From NCBI GenBank assembly GCA_013265495.1, contig MU057701.1:62001-126000 (forward strand): 64,000 bases of DNA, given 5' to 3'. Below the pieces are notes generated by a model. The model was not told the DNA's origin and ran no database searches. It saw only the letters and a program-made list of their open reading frames with translations. Position 1 is the first letter of the stretch. The number at the start of each line of letters is the position of its first letter. Positions 63,001-64,000 of the stretch are shown here, piece by piece. The DNA comes from Vicugna vicugna. Lineage: Eukaryota. The position numbers were made by a program, and so were the translations under genes.

Positions 63001-64000
63001 AGATTCTGCATGCCTGGGCCCTGACATCCAGCCTAAAGATTCTGGCTGTGGTCCCCACTCATGACATGGGCGACACAGATACAGGTGGAGCCTGAACATG
63101 CCATCCTCCGTTGAGCATTATCATTTTGCCATTTCTAGGACAAATTGCTTCTTTAAGCCTCCATTTCCTTATCTGGAAATAGAGGGCACTAACGTCCTAG
63201 CTCTTAGGGTTGTTGTGGGAACCAAATGTGCCATCACATGGAAAGTACTTAGCAGAGTACTGGTACTCCTGGTAATAGATACTAACATTATTATTATTAA
63301 TCAGCCCTCCACAGGAGCAACTGTACATCAAGCTCAGTTCCCTTCTCTCTGGCCTTGCCCAGTTCTGCCCACGCCCTTACCCACCCTCTGACACTTTTAC
63401 CGGGCCTTCTCCCCTTCCTTCCAACTGCCCCTCTCCCCGTAACACCCACACATGGAAACCCCGCAAGCCTTGAGTCCATGCCCATTTCAAACTCCATCTG
63501 AATCTGCTGAGAAACTCTGATCTCCATCCCAACACTTCTGAAGGAGCCTTCCTCTGTCTGTTACCCATTATCCCCACCAGTGTTCGTGACCACTTAGACC
63601 TGGAATTGCAGGGTCCCCACACCATTGCCTCATGACACTGAGACCATAACCCATATGCTTCTGAGTGAATGATCAGGGGTCCCTAGAAGGCACAAAAAAG
63701 GGAAGGCGGGCAGGAGAGCTGAGTCAGGTTAGACCTCCCTGTACAGCAGCCACAAACGACCCTTCCAATTTAGTGACTTCGCAACAAACTTTCTTTTTTC
63801 TTGCTCAAGCTGTGTGTATATCACAGGTCAGCAGGGAAATTCTACTCTGTGTAATGACTCGGAGATTCAGAGTGACAGATGCTCCGTCCTGACTCGTGTC
63901 TCTACAATCCCAAAGGCAGGGAAAATGGGATGGCAGAGCACTCAGGGGCTCCTACAGCTTCCACCAGGAAGAGACACATGTCACTTCTGCTCATATTTCT

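Noticed and set aside
49300..64000. A PKC-betaI-like second V5 exon, or CACNG5 coding exons
   Set aside because: By eye I found no NFD/LTP/FxxFSY-encoding exon and no CACNG5 N-terminus; atgagtgcgggt at 53598 diverges after three codons. A tblastn search would settle it.

Overview
This is mammalian genomic DNA containing the 3' half of PRKCA (protein kinase C alpha) on the + strand. Eight coding exons (equivalent to human exons 10-17) run from 791 to 42989. They splice with canonical GT-AG junctions into a continuous frame encoding most of the kinase domain (from the end of the glycine-rich loop) and the C-terminal V5 tail ending QSAV. A roughly 6.3 kb 3' UTR follows, with several poly(A) signals; the most distal is AATAAA at 49276. 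The remaining ~14.7 kb is repeat-rich intergenic DNA. A vic-1-like tRNA-derived SINE and several young 5'-truncated L1 ends suggest a camelid (inference). Nearly all ORFs in the supplied track are spurious. I found no evidence for a novel multi-gene system. The most interesting leads are an L1 insertion inside the exon 16 polypyrimidine tract, a possible in-frame alternative last exon or recursive splice site in intron 16, an inverted L1 pair bracketing intron 13, and a candidate spliced transcript downstream of the gene. Repeat names and boundaries come from pattern recognition and are approximate.
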